Numbered from the stretch's first letter, positions 39,839 to 53,482 are shown. The stretch is DNA of 64,000 nt from Eledone cirrhosa (GCA_964016885.1 OZ024740.1:361088001-361152000), one strand, 5' to 3'. A program made the numbers and translations. The notes: a model not told the origin generated them from the letters alone.

Positions 39839-40198
39839 CCTCTATGAGGTCACTAAGCCTGCTAGAAACAGCAGCTAACTCTCCCCATACCACACCACTC
39901 CCTACTGTCTTAAATTTAGAAAACATCTTCTATGAGGTCACTAAACCTGCTAGAAACAGCAGCTAACTCTCCCCCATATCACACCCCTCCCTACTGTCTT
40001 AAATTTAGAAAACATATCTTCTATGAGGTCACTAAACCTGCTAGAAACAGCAGCTAACTCTCCCCCATATCACACCACTCCCTACTGTCTTAAATTTAGA
40101 AAACACATATCCTCTATGAGGTCACTAAACCTGCTAGAAACAACAGCTAACTCTCCCTCATATCACAACCCTCCCTACTGTCTTAAATTTAGAAAACA
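39839..40198 (+). repeat. Four tandem ~90-bp units
   Basis: ctatgaggtcactaaacctgctagaaacagcagctaactctccc...ttagaaaaca x4; related dispersed copies at ~1-60, 10750-10810, 46112-46160. Confidence 0.9.
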
Positions 40199-40199
40199 C

Positions 40200-40486
40200 A
40201 CAGACAACCATGCAGAACAACTCCATCGCAGCTCTGTTGTTCGGCTGGTATCGTCTACGCGCGTGTTGCGCAAGTACTGTGAAACAATAAATTTCAACAC
40301 TTTTTTGCACAGAGATAATATCCATAGGCGAAACTACAATTGTCACTGCTGGCGCAGCTCATGCTTCCAGGTCTGCAATTCATTCACCCAGTGCATGGCA
40401 GACAAAAAAGTGCTGCCATAAAATGGGTGGTGCAACCTAACTTTGGTAACTTAATGACCCCGAGCAACGCCGGGCTTTAATGCTAG
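40200..40486 (+). mobile_element. Helitron 3' end
   Basis: Hairpin cccg-agcaacgc-cggg followed by CTAG|t. Confidence 0.65.
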
Positions 40487-40496
40487 TATATATATA

Positions 40497-41940
40497 AAAC
40501 GAAGGAAATGTGGTAAGGAACCAGATGGACCATAACGCACCAAAGTACTCAATACTTAGGGTAGTAGAGTGGGTAATAGGAACGAGTAGGACCCCGACGT
40601 CTGAACTCAAGCCGTTTCGACGGCTAATTCTGGACTAAATGAAATTTTTATCCTGGTAAAAGAATAGCCGAACTTCTCAGGGGGTAATTCCATATATGAT
40701 TGTCACAAGGATTGGTCAAAAGTTTGTTGTTGAGAGACATGATTCTATCATGGCATTTTGTGGAAGGTAGGGGTAGCTGAACTTGCCAGTAGAAGAAAGA
40801 GGGAGAGGGAGTGGAGGAAACCCAGTCGAGCGTTGAAAGTGACAACTACAGCAGATTCTAAGGATAGAAGGTTGAAAAAAGTATACTAGAGAAGGGGAGG
40901 GGGGAGGAAGTCGAAACAATAAGTAAATCTATATGGAGTAAATATATAGAAAAATATAAAAAATATAAAAAATATAAAAAATATAAAAAATATAAAAAAT
41001 ATAAAAAATATAAAAAATATAAAAAATATAAAAAATATAAAAAATATTAAAAATATTAAAAAAAATAATTTCTGGTTACTATTCCCCTTCCCCAATCATC
41101 AAATCTCTCACTGGTACTGCTAAGCTATAGAAAAGTTTAATAGGTGGGACGGAATACTGGATACAAGATTGTAGTGAAAGAATTTTATGAGTTAGTAGTA
41201 GTCGGCCAAATCTATCTTACAATGACAGGTCAACAAGCAGGGGGCCAAAATACTAAAAAAAAAAAACTAATACGAAATAATAATTCAGAGCCCCGAAACT
41301 AATACAAAATATTAATTCAGAATCCCGAAACATGAATACTAATACGATATATATAAGTACTGCTACAATACATAAATTCTAATACAAACTACATAAAAGC
41401 TCTTACAATATATATGAAAAACTAATACGAAAAATTAATTCAGAATCCCCCCCCCCCCCCCCCCCACCCCCCCCCCCACCCCAAAAAATATATATATATA
41501 AATACTGATATACGAGAAACTAAAGCAGAAATACCACTGAGAAATCTAGAAATCACGGAAATGGGGTAGCAATCAGAGAAGAAAGCAAGTAATTGGGGTC
41601 TAGCACATCTGCTATAAAAAGCGGAATCGGCCAATTCTATCATAGAATAAGGTGGGTGGGGGTACTGAGGCTACAGAGGACCGAACGGCTGCCTCGGAGT
41701 GGGCGAGAAGGTGAAAAGAACGACGACAAAGAAGGGGATCTGGGGTGGAAGGACTAGGAAGGGATGGGCGGAAGAAGGAAATATAGAGGAAACGATAAAA
41801 AATATATTAAAAAAAGTTACGTCTACCTTTGTAAGCAGGGGTTACCCATTACCAAAGTCGGCAAGTGGGGTGTTTCAGCCGTTGTCTACCCCCCCCCCCC
41901 CCCGGGTCATTATGGGGTTTATATATATATATATAAAAGA
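40497..41940 (-). mobile_element. Longer non-coding H1 element
   Basis: 40497-41138 colinear with 33918-34475; hammerhead at 40587-40694; internal (AAAAATATA)n at ~40948-41060. Right boundary uncertain. Confidence 0.65.
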
Positions 41941-42931
41941 GGGTGTTATAGTTTGCAGAAAAATAGTAATGAAAGAAAAAAAAAGTAAAAAACAAAACAA
42001 AGCAAAAAAGGTAAAATTAGAAGGGGTTGGGCAAGAAAAAACAACATGACACAACATGAAGTACTGGAGTTTCCATCTAATAATTTTGTAGTCAAGCCAA
42101 CATACACATTGCCATGAGCAATAGCAAGGTTAAGACATTAGAACACCCTCACCAGAAGCATCATGTGATATGTCAATAAAACATATGACAATCATCTCAT
42201 TGTCGGTGGTCTAGATGCTCCAAACGTATCAAAAAGTACAGGCTGAACAAAAAACAAAAAAAAAAAACAAATGTAATTTGCCGATAATTCCTGATGTTTT
42301 AGAGTTTTATTCTAATTGGGTATGGTGGCCTCAAATTTGCTGTTGCATCTAGGATGTGGGAAAGTGCAAAAAAGTAATTAACTCTAGTATCCCAAATGAG
42401 ACATTTACCTCTAATTCAAGAGCAAATGGAAATTTTTCAAACCATCTTATCTTATCTTACAGCCTCTTTCAGAAATTATCAATTACAGTGATTTTAATGG
42501 ACATCGCTCCATTTTGGCTCATGTACCAACAGTGCAAACTTTTAATACTAGTATGTATTCTCACCTGTTCTACCAACATATTAATAAACTTTGCCTTTCC
42601 TGCTTACGGGGTCGATAAAATAAAGTACCAGTAATGCGCTGGCTTTGCGCCAAAAAGTAGAAACAATTAATAATTATTCTAACTAACCAATGATATAGAT
42701 ATATACATACACATTACATACACACATGATCATTTTAGTATATATATATATACTGTATATATATATGTAAAGTAAGTAGAATCACAGTTAGCAATGTAGC
42801 ATATGTATAAACTTTATTGGCATATTACAATTGTTTCAATATCGATCAGGTCAGGGTGCAATAATAATGATTGAGGCCTTTACACAATTAACAGACACAC
42901 ACACACACATATATATATATTTATATATATA

Positions 42932-43060
42932 TATATTAGAAAGAGTTGGGGGCCTGACAACTAAGCTCTTGCTATTTCGAAAGCTAATTCCATATGCAGT
43001 CTGGAATTATCTGTCAAAACGGCAAGAGCTCAGCTATTGGGCCCTGACTCTTTCTAATAT
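42932..43060. repeat. Short head-to-head hairpin, diverged H1 relative
   Basis: atattagaaagagt...gctcttgc / gcaagagc...actctttctaatat; arms resemble GAAAC-GGC-aagagctca-GCY-GTC-GGG. Confidence 0.65.
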
Positions 43061-43064
43061 AATC

Positions 43065-43720
43065 ACACTCAGAAGGCCAATTTAAAGAATGCTTTCTTAA
43101 CCATGAAACAACCTTTAGACACCCAAACAAGCAATTGACCACAAACCTAACAAGCCATGTATGGTCATTGAAGGTGGCGGGCGTGAACTTCTCCATCAAA
43201 TGGAAAATCCTCGAGAAAATTAAGATCATATGCAAATGGATCTAAGGCCTGCAGATTGTGAAGCAATGAAAGATTAAATATTTTTTACAGATGTAACGCA
43301 ACAATACTTGCTTTAACAAAAGAGCCAATTTGTTTCAACTGCTGCTCCCATGTCACAAAATCTTTGTTATATAACTGGTAGGACCCAGGACAACCAGAGG
43401 ATTGACGATATCTCGAGCTAAACTATCACAAAGGATTGTTCTTCAAAGGTTATTTCCCCATAACAGTCTAATTGGAGTTACTCTCCTAATACGGAAATAA
43501 AAACTGACCTCTTCTGCGCAGAATCTATGCAGTTCAAAAATACCTTTGTTCACACTACAAACATACATGAGTTGAAAATCCTTTTTAGATGAAACACGTG
43601 TTCTCAAGTATGGTTTGGTAATTATTGTGCAACTAACTCTATACCCAACTCGTCCTTTGGACTGAGTGCTTTACCAACTTTGAAAATAACCTGATTTTTC
43701 ACTAATATGTAGTAGTGAAA
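43065..43720 (+). mobile_element. Penelope-like element 3' end (GIY-YIG C-terminus + pLTR with minimal hammerhead at 43568-43606)
   Basis: EGQFKECFLNHETTFRH..TNLTSHVWSLK..IKWKILEK, then frameshifted SYANGSKACRL..E and NKR..CCSH; TGAG-TTGAAAA-tcc..agat-GAAAC-ACGT-GTT-CTCA. Confidence 0.85.
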
Positions 43721-43736
43721 AAAAAAACAAAAAATG

Positions 43737-43794
<58 letters not shown>

Positions 43795-43795
<1 letters not shown>

Positions 43796-44653
43796 TAGGT
43801 ACCCGGTGTTGCACGGGATAAGGTATTTTGGAACGCGGGCCGCCAACAAACCTAATCGTGGAAAAACTGCATGCCTGGACAATATGTAAAGAAAATAAAC
43901 CGAATACTCTGATGGCTGGATAATCTTTAAGATTTTCCTCGATGAAGCAGGAAAAATGCAGGTTTTCACCTAATGCGAGCCCTAGGCCATAAAAAAGTTG
44001 GATTTTCTTTGCTCACGGTATGAAGAAGAGACTGACTAATACATAGTTACAATTTCAAGGAAATCGGTCTGACATAACGCCTCAAAAGACCCCTAAAACC
44101 TGAAAAAATGCAGTTTTTCACCTAATGCGGGCCCTAAGGGATCAAAAAGTTGAATTTTATGTGCATAACACTCCCTGAAACATAAGTAATACACGTGTAA
44201 ATTAAAAAAAAGTCGGTTGGGTACTTCTCGAGTTTTAGGGATTCAAATTCACAGACACACACACACACAGATAGACATCCTCAGGGAAGTGACGTAATGC
44301 AGACAGTCAGACATACAGACATATATTATAAGGGCGTGTTCTGGATGCAGATGGAATTGTGGGAAGTGACGTAATGCAGACAGCCAGACATACAGACAGA
44401 TATTATAAGAGCGTGACGTTATATGTATGTATCTATCTAAAAAGAGAAAGACTAAGAATTATAGAGAGAGATCGCTAAATCGCCTAATGCGGTCCCTATG
44501 GCATTGAAAATTTGAATTTTCTTTTGCTCAAAACACTCCCTGAAACATAAGTATTACATGTGTAAAGTTTGAAAAGAGTCGGTTGGGTGCTTCTCGAGTT
44601 TTAGGGATTCAAACTCACACACACAGACATCCTCAGTTTTATATATATATAGA
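43795..44653 (-). mobile_element. Complete non-autonomous Helitron
   Basis: Minus strand A|TCtatatat...cccg-tgcaacac-cggg-tac-CTAG|T; internal direct duplications. Confidence 0.85.
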
Positions 44654-44740
44654 TAATTGTATATATATATAAACCCATGCTAGCGTGGAAGATAGACGTT
44701 AAACGAGGATGATGATGATGATGATGATATATATATATAC

Positions 44741-44810
<70 letters not shown>

Positions 44811-44919
44811 GAGTATCGCTAATAGCTTTCTCCGTTTATGTAATTATGTATATATATAGTGAAAAATTGGACGGGAACAAAAACAGAGAGGCAGACAAAT
44901 AAAGGCTTATTAGGTTCAC

Positions 44920-44961
<42 letters not shown>

Positions 44962-44965
<4 letters not shown>

Positions 44966-45277
44966 TGGGTAATATTAAACATTATCCAATTAGAAGTATG
45001 AAAATACCTCAATGTAAAATCAAAGAATGTTTAAAACATTTAATCTTTTACGATCGTTTCATCCAAATACAAGATTGGATTCACCGGAGAAGATAATGAA
45101 GGTTAAAACGCAAATATTATATCATAACCATGTCATAAGAACATTAGGATACATAATATGGGAAGTAAACATAAGTATCAACATTTATATAAGAAAAGAT
45201 AGCAATGATTCCGGCCTTGTTCTAGGATGAGACGATCGTAAGTGATTAAATGTTTTAAACACTCTTTGATTGTCATT
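44962..45277. mobile_element. Head-to-head pLTR remnant, family H3, with two decayed minimal hammerheads
   Basis: Arms ~45010-45083 / 45206-45277; minus arm CCGGTGA-ATCCA..TGGAT-GAAAC-GATC-GTA, plus arm ..GGAT-GAGAC-GATC-GTA. Confidence 0.7.
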
Positions 45278-47439
45278 TATTATATATATATATATATATA
45301 ATATATTTATACCCTGCTATGAATTGAGTACCTTACTTACTGTGGTTACCTCCGATTAAACCCGGGATATACACGTACACACACACACGTATAATGAAAA
45401 GAAGTCTTATTAGAATTTTCTATTACTTAAATTCTATTTATATTTCTGTTTTGAAAAAAAATAATGTGGAGAGGAAAAGAAAAACCAAAAGGAAAATAAA
45501 TTTTTGTTTTTATTTATCACATTCTATATATATCATTGTCCTTACAAAAATATCTCTGACGAAATGAAAATACCAACAATTACCTCCCTTTTTCTTACAA
45601 TTATATTCAGTTTATGATAGATTTCGTAATTAATAACTTTCCTACTATATGTTCATTATATCGTGAATATCATTTAAAAATTATCTAGTATTTAATTGTT
45701 CTTAGTGTTAAGCTAATTAAAAGTTTCAATCAATTTTATGACGTGTACTTCTTAATGACTATTGCTCCGAGGATCCTAAACTGTGATAGTGGTAGCGCCT
45801 GGTGCCGAGACCGCTTGCCCCACCACCATTAAATATATATCTGCAGCGTCGACAACAGAAACTACTACCACCACCGCTAACTCCACTACTACTACTACTA
45901 CTGACTTTGGCAGTTGGCACTAATTTTAGAGGAGGAAATAAGTAGATTAAATCGACCTTAGTATTTGTCTTTATCGCCTCTGGCGGGATTTTCAAAGGGA
46001 CGTAACCAAAGACATTCTTTTCACCTTCGGTGTTTTACTCATTGATTGTGTCTTACATCACCGTTTGTTACAACTAATACGACGAACAAACGAAAGAGCC
46101 TGTTATATGCTTGTTCGACCTACTAGAAATAGCAGCCAAATCACATCGTGCTCTCTTAAAAAAGATCATTGGATAATGTTTGAAATTTCTTTTTTAAAAT
46201 GGGTTAATCATGGCCTTTGATCATATGTCTGCTCGTTCTTGAATAACTTGGGAATCACACAACTTTTATTAAACAGCGCTAGGACTACTAATTATACGAT
46301 TACCACCAGCACTAATATTGCTATACTATACTACCGCCACCAACATTAGGTCTGTTATTCAGTTCGGAGTTACCTAACTTGACTGTTTATCTTTTTTTCC
46401 CTCCCCTCCCTGCAATTACATCAACAGTCTTGTAAAAACACATTGAGTGACAACACATTTCTACATAATATTTCGTTTCCATGGACCAAAGATTGCACCA
46501 TATCTGTACCTTGAGGTAAGAAGACGTTCGTAAAAGAATACCACGCCGACACAGCACTCGCTTTCCTGTGTGTTATTGTTGTAAATCACACACACATGCG
46601 CGTATATATGTATATACATCGGCTTGCAAGTAAGTACACACTTAATCCTATCATATCACAATGTATGTATGTATATATATATATATATATATCTTTTGCT
46701 ACATTGCATTTGTGTAATCCACCGCTTTCTCTCTGTTACTGCCACCAACAGTGGTGTATATACATCTATGTATATCAAAGCACATAGATATTTTATGTCA
46801 GTAAATATATCCTGTTTACACACACACATGCGTGTACATATACGATTTATTTCGGTCAGCCGGAACCAAACTAGTTGAAATTTCTGGCGGTTTGGTTATG
46901 GTAATCGAAAGAAATTATATTCTACTTCTACACTTCCTCCCCTCTAACGCTTATATATATATATATATATATATATAATTGTTTCTACTTTTGGCACAAG
47001 GCCAGTAATTAATCAGTACATTACTGGTACTTTATTTTATCGACCCCGTACGGATGAAAGGCAAAGTTAACCTCGGCGGGATTTGAACTCAGATATATAT
47101 ATATATATATAATGAGCACAACGAGTACAAAACATGTCAGAAATTTGGTCGAATGGGAAACAGCCTGCAAATGTCAGGGCCACCGATTTTCCTTTGTGTG
47201 TATTTGTATATCATGATCATCATCTTATATCCATTTTCCATGTTGGTATGGGTTCTGCTACTTGTTAAGGTCAGAGTCAGTTCTTATTCAGAGTTACTGC
47301 CCTCCTCGACGGGTCAAAGTCACTACGTCTCATTTGTACGTTCCATTTTAGGCATGATTTCTACGACAGAGTGCTCTACCTAACAGTAAGCACTTTACAG
47401 AGCGTATTTTGTGCATTTCATCGTGGCACCAGTACTAGA

Positions 47440-48040
47440 GAGATTGTCCTGTCAAATTTAAGAGCACTTTTGGTTGTCTCTGAGCCGGCTGGATTATCCA
47501 GAAGTGATAGGAAGAGACCAGACGCCCTTACCCTTTGTCCCTGGGTAAGAAGCAGGTGTCTCACCTGGGACACCACAGTCACTGACTCTTTTGCTTCCTC
47601 CCACAGCATGGATGCCGCGGTAAATGTAAGGGTCACTGCCTCCGTTGCTGAACGGAATAAAATAAAAAAAATATTGGGAATTATCAAACAGTTATTTTTT
47701 CCAGCCTGTGGCGTTCGAGATGTTTGGTGGATTGTGGCCGCTGACAGCGAAGTTTTTGTCATTGTTGGCGACTCGCCTTACTGAGATGTCAGGTGAAACC
47801 CGAGAGGGTGTCTGATTGTTTCAGCGTCTTACGCTTTAGCGAGCATTTTGGCTTGCCTCAAACCTTTCCGTTGACCCTTGTAATGTTCGGGCGATTGTCA
47901 CACTTGGTGGTGAATTGTTCGTTTTTGTTTCCTTTTTTTTCTTTGTTTCTCTAGCTGTGGTCGTATATTTTGGTGTGATATATTTGTGAGGTTCCTAGCA
48001 ATAATTATGTAATGTTATTTATACAACTGTGAATAAAATT
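47440..48040 (+). mobile_element. CRE-like non-LTR retrotransposon 3' fragment (RLE)
   Basis: EPAGLSRSDRKRPDALTLCPW..LTWDTTV.DS..AE..K, FQPVAFE, LFQRL; AATAAA at ~48032. Confidence 0.8.
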
Positions 48041-48187
48041 TACCTGAAGTCAATGTGCGTTTATTACTGTGGCATCTATACTAGAGAGGTTACATTGTTC
48101 ACTGCAATGCTAAACAGTTCACTCCCGTTTTTGGAGGCAAATATGAGCATGAGTAATTAGAAGGGGAACGATAGCCAAAAGGTTTAA

Positions 48188-48534
48188 CCTTTTCGTTACC
48201 AAATATCTAATGATATGCCTTCTATTTCAATTAATTAATAAAGAATTTTGAGGGATTTACTAAAAAATAGTTCATTAGTAAGATAGCATATATGGTTCTT
48301 GTATATGTTTCTTGTATAAATTTATGTTGGAAGAACATGAGTTCAAATCCCGCCGAGGTTAACTTAGCCTTTCATCCTTACGGGGTCGATAAAATAAAGT
48401 ACCAGTAATGTACTGAATAATTGCTAGCCTTGTGCCAATAGTAGAAACAATTATATTAAATAGGAACCTTTCAAAATGGGTGGTTTTGTTTCATAGTGCC
48501 AGAATCTGTTTTGGTCAGGTTAGTACTAAAAAGG
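48188..48534. mobile_element. Degenerate piggyBac-type MITE with SINE insertion
   Basis: ttaa-ccttttcgttac ... gtactaaaaagg-ttaa. Confidence 0.5.
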
Positions 48535-49164
48535 TTAAAGAGGCGGGGTTGGGTATGAGAGTGAAGGGATACCTTCATGTTCATTGTTGTGGGTACATAC
48601 ATATACATATGTGTGTGTGTGTATATATATATATATATGTGTGTTTCATTCCCTCAGGCAATACTGTCCATTTTTTCCCCATCTCTAGATATTTATATAA
48701 CAAACATGTTTGACTATTTTTCATAATCAAAACCTGTATATATATATAAGTGTATATGTACACATCACCTCACACATATATATATATGCTTAGACACATA
48801 GATACACCACAAGGAAATATGTAATTAGTCTTAGCGAGGTATAATATACATATATACTCCATTTATGTTGTATGGTTCAACTAATGGTAGAACTTGTAAT
48901 TCCCATTAGCAGATTGTGATAATGGAGTCAAATACATAAGTGAAAAAAAAAAAGGCCAGATTCCAGTATAATCCTTTAATGTTTCATAAAACAGATGTCT
49001 GTCCATAGATTGATGAACCACATCCGTGTCAATTCTCTGTTTATATTTTGCTGTAACCTAGAAGTTGATTACTAAATCTTTATATGGAGCATTAAAAGCT
49101 TACCTTGTACAAATTGCACCTTTCAAAGACAGTGACACAAGTTCAAGTTCTCCGGCATTATCCA

Positions 49165-49910
49165 GTAATGCAGAAGACCCGCCTTCCCATGTGTGTGGGT
49201 TGAAGCATACACCTAGTATGCAGCACCTTCCTCTCCATCCCCTTTCCATTCACCTCCCATGTCCTAATACTCCACCAATGCCCTAACACACCACCGCACC
49301 ATAGATCTACCTCTCCAGTACCCAAGAAACTCCTCACCACAGGACACAGTCCATAGTGTGAAGTGGTTGTTTTAGGGCTGTGACAAAAAGCACCTACTTT
49401 GCACAGTAAAGTGGTTCTGTTAGTGTCACGACAAAAAAACATCCAGTTAACGCTGTAACGTGGTTGTTGTGGTGCCATGATAAGAAGCACCCAGTCCACA
49501 CTCTAAATGTGATTGGCATTAGGAAGGGTATCCAGCCATAGAAACTAAGCCGGAAGCAGTTCTGTATGAGCAAGACATGGTCATCTGATCTGATTTGTCT
49601 CACAACAGGACAACTCGTCTAACCCATGCTAGGGTAGAAAAATAGTTGGTAAGCGGTGATGATATTTATATATATCCCCTCAACACCTCTTCGGCCCAAC
49701 CCATGCATACAAGCATGAAAGCTGTACACACTCTACAGTACATACTATAACGTGGTTGACATTAGAAACAGCATCCAGTTGTAGAAACAAAGCCACTATA
49801 CAGATTTGTATGAACGATGTGGTCACTTGACTTGACTTGTCTCTTAACCTGACAACCTGTCTAACCCATGCTAGTGTGGAATGATATAAGTTAAACAATG
49901 ATGATGGTGA
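49165..49910 (+). mobile_element. Two RTE 3' UTR fragments
   Basis: Three repeated ..tgRcaaaaagcacc-type modules, ggcattaggaagggtatccagc, aacccatgctag, (ATG) tails. Confidence 0.8.
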
Positions 49911-49954
49911 TGTATATGTGAATAAATGTGTATGTATATATCATTTTATCATTC

Positions 49955-50263
49955 ATCATTTCATTTTACGTCCGCTTTTTCCCTGCTTGCAAGGGTGGGA
50001 CGGGAACTGATTCTGGCTTGATTTCTACAGCTGGATGCCCTTCCTAACACCAACCTCATTTACAGTGAGTGCTGGGTGCACCTCCACGACCACTTTGCAG
50101 TGGGATGATATAGACCCCAGTCCCTATCATCTCATTTCTACAGCTGACTAAACTGGAGCAATGTGAAATAAAGTGTCTTGCTCAAGGAAACAAACACATC
50201 ACCCGGTCCGAGAATTGAACTCACAACCTTTCGATTGCAAGGCCAATAAGCCATGTGCCTCCA
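49955..50263 (-). mobile_element. Composite SINE copy
   Basis: Highly similar to 30490-30829 with small deletions. Confidence 0.9.
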
Positions 50264-50307
50264 TATATGCATGTATGTATATATATGTATATATATATAT
50301 ATATATA

Positions 50308-50700
50308 GTGACGAAAACATAAGTCAATTGCATGAACTCATAATCCTTTATTTACTGCTATATATATTTCGATGATAGCCATTGAATGGCTATGACCTCA
50401 CCAGGCAGTTAGTCAGTTCTTAGATATGCCAGCTCTGTGTTTATAGTGTTGATGGTATCAGAGCCTTGGGACATATGAGCTTGTTAGGAATAATTTAATG
50501 TTGTCAGCAGGAATAGTCTTAATTCTCATTGGTCAGTTTGTAGGTGCTAGTAGGGTTGGTATTTGACCTCAAAGAGGCAGGTGGTGTTGTAAAGTTCAAA
50601 CCATCAGGCAAGATGACAATAGTTCCATATGACTGATTTTCACAAAAAGCATTCCTGGTCAGATATATATTCAATTAAGGTTAATAGTATGAAATAGATA
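50308..50700 (-). mobile_element. Penelope-like 3' end with minimal hammerhead at 50354-50409
   Basis: Decayed TLIE...W...LPDGLN; ACTGC-CTGGTGA-ggtc-ATAGCCA-ttcaa-TGGCTAT-catc-GAAAT-ATAT-ATA-GCAGT, then AATAAA. Confidence 0.7.
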
Positions 50701-51445
50701 CTACAGGTCATTCTTAAATTGAGGAATTTATGTGGCTTGGTGCTACTAAAAATTATGGTTAGAGTAGAAAATTTACTTATGTAGGTTGGCTTGCACATAC
50801 ACTCACACGCACCTCCACTCACACCACCTCCACTCACACCCACCTCCACAGACACACACACACATCCACACATACAAATTGAGGAATTAAATGTGGGGTG
50901 GTCATACTTAAAATAATGGTTAGAGTCAAATCCTTATATAGTTTAGAAAATTTAGAAATAAAAGGCTTATGTTGGTTGACTTGTACATACACTCACACCT
51001 ACCCCCTCAAATACACACTTATACACACACAAATCCATACAGGTGTATATATATATGTTCGCACAAGTATATATATATATACACAATATATATATATATA
51101 TAATATATATATATATACACAATATATATATATATATAAAATATATATATATATATAAAATATAAATGAAAGGTATAGAAATTGTTGTAGCGAGAAGCTA
51201 ACAGTATTCCATAACATATATGCGACTATAGCGTCAAAATGGGAAAAATAGTTAACGTAAGATGTTGGAAAAATAATTCAAACTCATCTCAAATAGAATC
51301 AGGATATAAATTCATCCACAGAATTATATATATATATATATAAAATATATATACATACATAAAGTATACACACCCATAAAATATACAGATATATAAAATA
51401 TACATACACACATATATATAAAATACACAGACATACACATATAAA

Positions 51446-51485
<40 letters not shown>

Positions 51486-51566
51486 CACATATATACACAC
51501 AGTATACATATATATATATATATAAAATCAGGTTCAATAAAACGTGGTTTTGATGTATATATATAT

Positions 51567-51599
<33 letters not shown>

Positions 51600-51910
51600 T
51601 ATATATATATATATATATATGGTATATATATATATATATATATATGGTATATATATATATATATATATATATGGTATATATATATATGGTATATATATAT
51701 ATGGTATATATATATATGGTATATATATATATGGTGTATATATATATGGTGTATATATATATATATGGTATATATATATATGGTGTATATATATATATAT
51801 ATATATATGTGGTATATATATATATATATATATATGGTATATATATATATATATATATATATATGTGGTATATATATATATATATGGTATATATATATAT
51901 ATATATATAT

Positions 51911-51945
<35 letters not shown>

Positions 51946-51966
51946 TATATATATATATATATATAT

Positions 51967-52003
<37 letters not shown>

Positions 52004-52068
52004 TATATATATATATATACCATATATATATATATATATGGTATATATATATATATATATATATATAT

Positions 52069-52101
<33 letters not shown>

Positions 52102-52469
52102 TATATATATATATATATATGGTATATATATATATATATATATATATGGTATATATATATATATATATATATATGGTGTATATATATATATGGTGTATAT
52201 ATATATATGGTATATATATATATGGTGTATATATATATATGGTATATATATATATATATGGTATATATATATATATATGGTATATATATATATATATATA
52301 TATATGGTGTATATATATATATATATATATATATGGTGTATATATATATATATATATATGGTGTATATATATATATGTATGGTGTATATATATATATATA
52401 TGTATGGTGTATATATATATATATATATATATGGTGTATATATATATATATATGTATGGTGTATCATTC

Positions 52470-52805
52470 ATCATCATTTCATTTTACGTCCACTTTTCCC
52501 TGCTTGCAAGGGTGGGACGGGAACTGATTCTGGCTTGATTTCTACAGCTGGATGCCCTTCCTAACACCAACCTCATTTACAGTGAGTGCTGGGTGCTTTT
52601 TTGCCGTGGCACCTCCACGACCACTTTGCAGTGGAATGATATGGACCCCAGTCCCTATCATCTCATTTCTACAGCTGAGTAAACTGGAGCAATGTGAAAT
52701 AAAGTGTCTTGCTCAAGGAAACAACACATCACCCGGTCTGAGAATTGAACTCACAACCTTTCGATTGCAAGGTCAATGCTCTAACCACTAAGCCATGTGC
52801 CTCCA
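52470..52805 (-). mobile_element. Composite SINE, full length
   Basis: Near identical to 30490-30829. Confidence 0.9.
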
Positions 52806-52807
52806 TA

Positions 52808-52844
<37 letters not shown>

Positions 52845-52867
52845 TATATATATATATATATATATAT

Positions 52868-52908
<41 letters not shown>

Positions 52909-52955
52909 TATAAATATATATGGTATATATATATATATATGGTATAAATATATAT

Positions 52956-52990
<35 letters not shown>

Positions 52991-53020
52991 TATATATATA
53001 TGGTATATATATATATATAT

Positions 53021-53094
<74 letters not shown>

Positions 53095-53258
53095 TATATA
53101 TATATGGTATATATATATATATATATATATGGTATATATATATGGTATATATATATATATATATATATATATGGTATATATATATATATATATATATATT
53201 TATTCAGGTTTGAGGTTCACCACTGTATAGAGCTGGTCTATTCCGTATGGTATATATA

Positions 53259-53482
53259 AGGCGTGTAGCTGAGTGGTTAGAGAATTGGATTCACAATGTT
53301 AAGGTTGTGAGTTCGATTCTTGGACCGGGCGATGCGTTATGTCCTTGGGCAAGACACTTTATTTCACGTTGCTCCTTCTACCTGGAGTTGCGACCGATAG
53401 ATAGTACTAGCAACTGGAAAGACCAACGGAAACATTGTTTCCTCGGTCCGATTTGACGAAAGTCGATCGATAAAAAAAAAAA
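53259..53482 (+). mobile_element. tRNA-CORE SINE with a different tail and poly(A)
   Basis: tagctgagtggtt A-box, gagttcgattct B-box, gtccttgggcaagacact, A-run end. Confidence 0.8.

Noticed and set aside
39839-40198. CRISPR-like periodicity
   Set aside because: Whole units repeat with no unique spacers; eukaryotic context.
42060-42580. Possible decayed Penelope (minus-strand YVGLTT)
   Set aside because: Only one short motif; the flanking frames are uninterpretable.
46845-46916. Imperfect hairpin (pre-miRNA-like)
   Set aside because: Many mismatches and no independent support.
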